Assembly (NCBI GenBank): GCA_965112155.1
Contig: OZ218105.1
DNA from: Podarcis liolepis
Lineage: Eukaryota
Strand: one strand, 5' to 3'
DNA length: 64,000 bases
Positions 62,864 to 64,000 of the stretch are shown here, in pieces. Below the pieces are notes generated by a model that made no database searches, was not told the DNA's origin, and saw only the letters and a program-made list of their open reading frames with translations. Made by a program: the position numbers and the translations under genes. How positions within the stretch are numbered: the stretch's first letter is position 1; each line of letters starts with the position of its first letter.

Positions 62864-63201
62864 TTGTTGTTGTTTAGTTGTGTCCGACTCTTCGTGACCC
62901 CATGGACCAGAGCACGCCAGGCACTCCTGTCTTCCACTGCCTCCCGCAGCTTGGTCAAACTCATGCTGGTAGCTTCGAGAACACTGTCCAACCATCTCAT
63001 CCTCTGTTGTCCCCTTCTCCTTGTGCCCTCCAACTTTCCCAACATCAGGGTCTTTTCCAGGGAGTCTTCTCTTCTCATGAGGTGGATAAAGTATTGGAGC
63101 CTCAGCTTCAGGACCTGTCCTTCCAGTGAGCACTCAGGGCTGATTTCCTTAAGAATTGATAGGTTTGATCTTCTTGCAGTCCATGGGACTCTCAAGAGTC
63201 T
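62864..63201 (-). mobile_element. BovB (RTE) LINE 3' fragment
   Basis: RVPWTARRSNLSILKEISPECSLEGQVLKLRLQYF.HLMRREDSLEKTLMLGK...WRALVHGVTKSRT, then a (CAA)n tail. Confidence 0.95.
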
Positions 63202-64000
63202 TTAAATGTATTTTGGCACCCCGTGTTTGGGATTCCCCACATCTTTCCAAAGGCAACCAAGCATTGTCTCTGCACAAGCACATCTACTTGCAATGATAAG
63301 CCTCCCCATGTGCTGTTTTGAAGTTCTTCCCCTGCAAGCCAATTGTAGGGGGTGTGGGGTGGGCATATGGGGGAAACCCCATTGCACGAGTGGTGAGGCT
63401 TCCACTGATGGCGTTCATTGGTGAATTCTGCCCAATGTGTTTATTCACAAATGTACAGGTTTAGCTGGTGTTACTGGGTGTGCAGAAACAAACAGGGTAC
63501 TTAATGTACAGCAACGTTCAGTTTCCTACCATCCAAATCAGTTCCAAGTGAAGTGAAAATCTTCCATAAACCTTCTAGCTTTTCTTTCAGCTCCTAAGAC
63601 TGTCCCTCCCAGGTGAAACCAGTTCAGTCATTATGCTGGCCTATGGGTGTGAGTTAGAGTCCAGAAATCTGGAACAAAGGGTTACTTTCCACAGCCAATT
63701 GTCCATTGTCCCCGTTAGTGTGTGGAACAAAAGGCCTCACGCCGAAGAACTGATGAACTCCCTTCATTTCTTTACTTTGGCTGGAATGCCAAACATCTTC
63801 TGGGATTTAACAGAGAAGGAAATGTAATCTCAGTGTCTACTGAAAGTGCTCAAAACAAGGGCACAGGCACATATTTCTAAGGAAAGTAATAAGGTGTGAA
63901 AGAAGTGTTGTAAGCCATGAGCACACAAACAGACTTAGACTCTGCCAGTGTTCCCCTAAGTCTATCAGAGTAGCACCATCTCCATATCTGTACAATGAAG

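Noticed and set aside
57551-64000. Next upstream CNBD1 exon (expected CPYY..WP...W..FP-like peptide)
   Set aside because: Not found by eye on the minus strand; probably outside the window, though a diverged exon could have been missed.

Overview
Vertebrate genomic DNA, very probably a squamate reptile and most likely a lacertid lizard (inferred from Sauria SINE, Squam3-type and CR1-tailed tRNA SINEs, BovB, Rex, young L2 and many hAT/TcMar MITEs). The only protein-coding gene I can support is the 3' part of a minus-strand CNBD1 (cyclic nucleotide-binding domain containing 1) homologue. It has five GT-AG exons (57441-57550, 55266-55416, 44037-44104, 30781-30840, 30366-30500) that splice in frame to (V)LMKAGELSEYVGFIKSGSCSAYRIIPALVKRPLGKM-MKQMKQVLIGQLHPKDSFGEVSVLHQTPSTYTLKTGTPVELGMIDAADIH-GLAPEIQLLFEQTVRPSFENVTF-DDLKFKYIRKETEKEWEHTK-DIILKDALFYNGICPGVGKWIHKHLISNWGEKKNQEDAHVSTYR*; the upstream exons were not found and probably lie beyond 64000. 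Positions 1-30000 appear to be intergenic. Most other listed ORFs are chance or repeat-derived. The most unusual signal is cargo-carrying hAT elements. A 1.59 kb composite (17404-18994) with one left end and two right ends has a single 8-bp target-site duplication (TSD) around the whole unit, and it carries a CR1 3' end plus CpG-island-like DNA. A 522 bp hAT (4667-5188) carries CpG-rich cargo with a signal-peptide-like reading frame. An intact solo LTR with CTCF/Oct/CCAAT/TATA motifs points antisense into CNBD1. All family names come from recognition without database searches.
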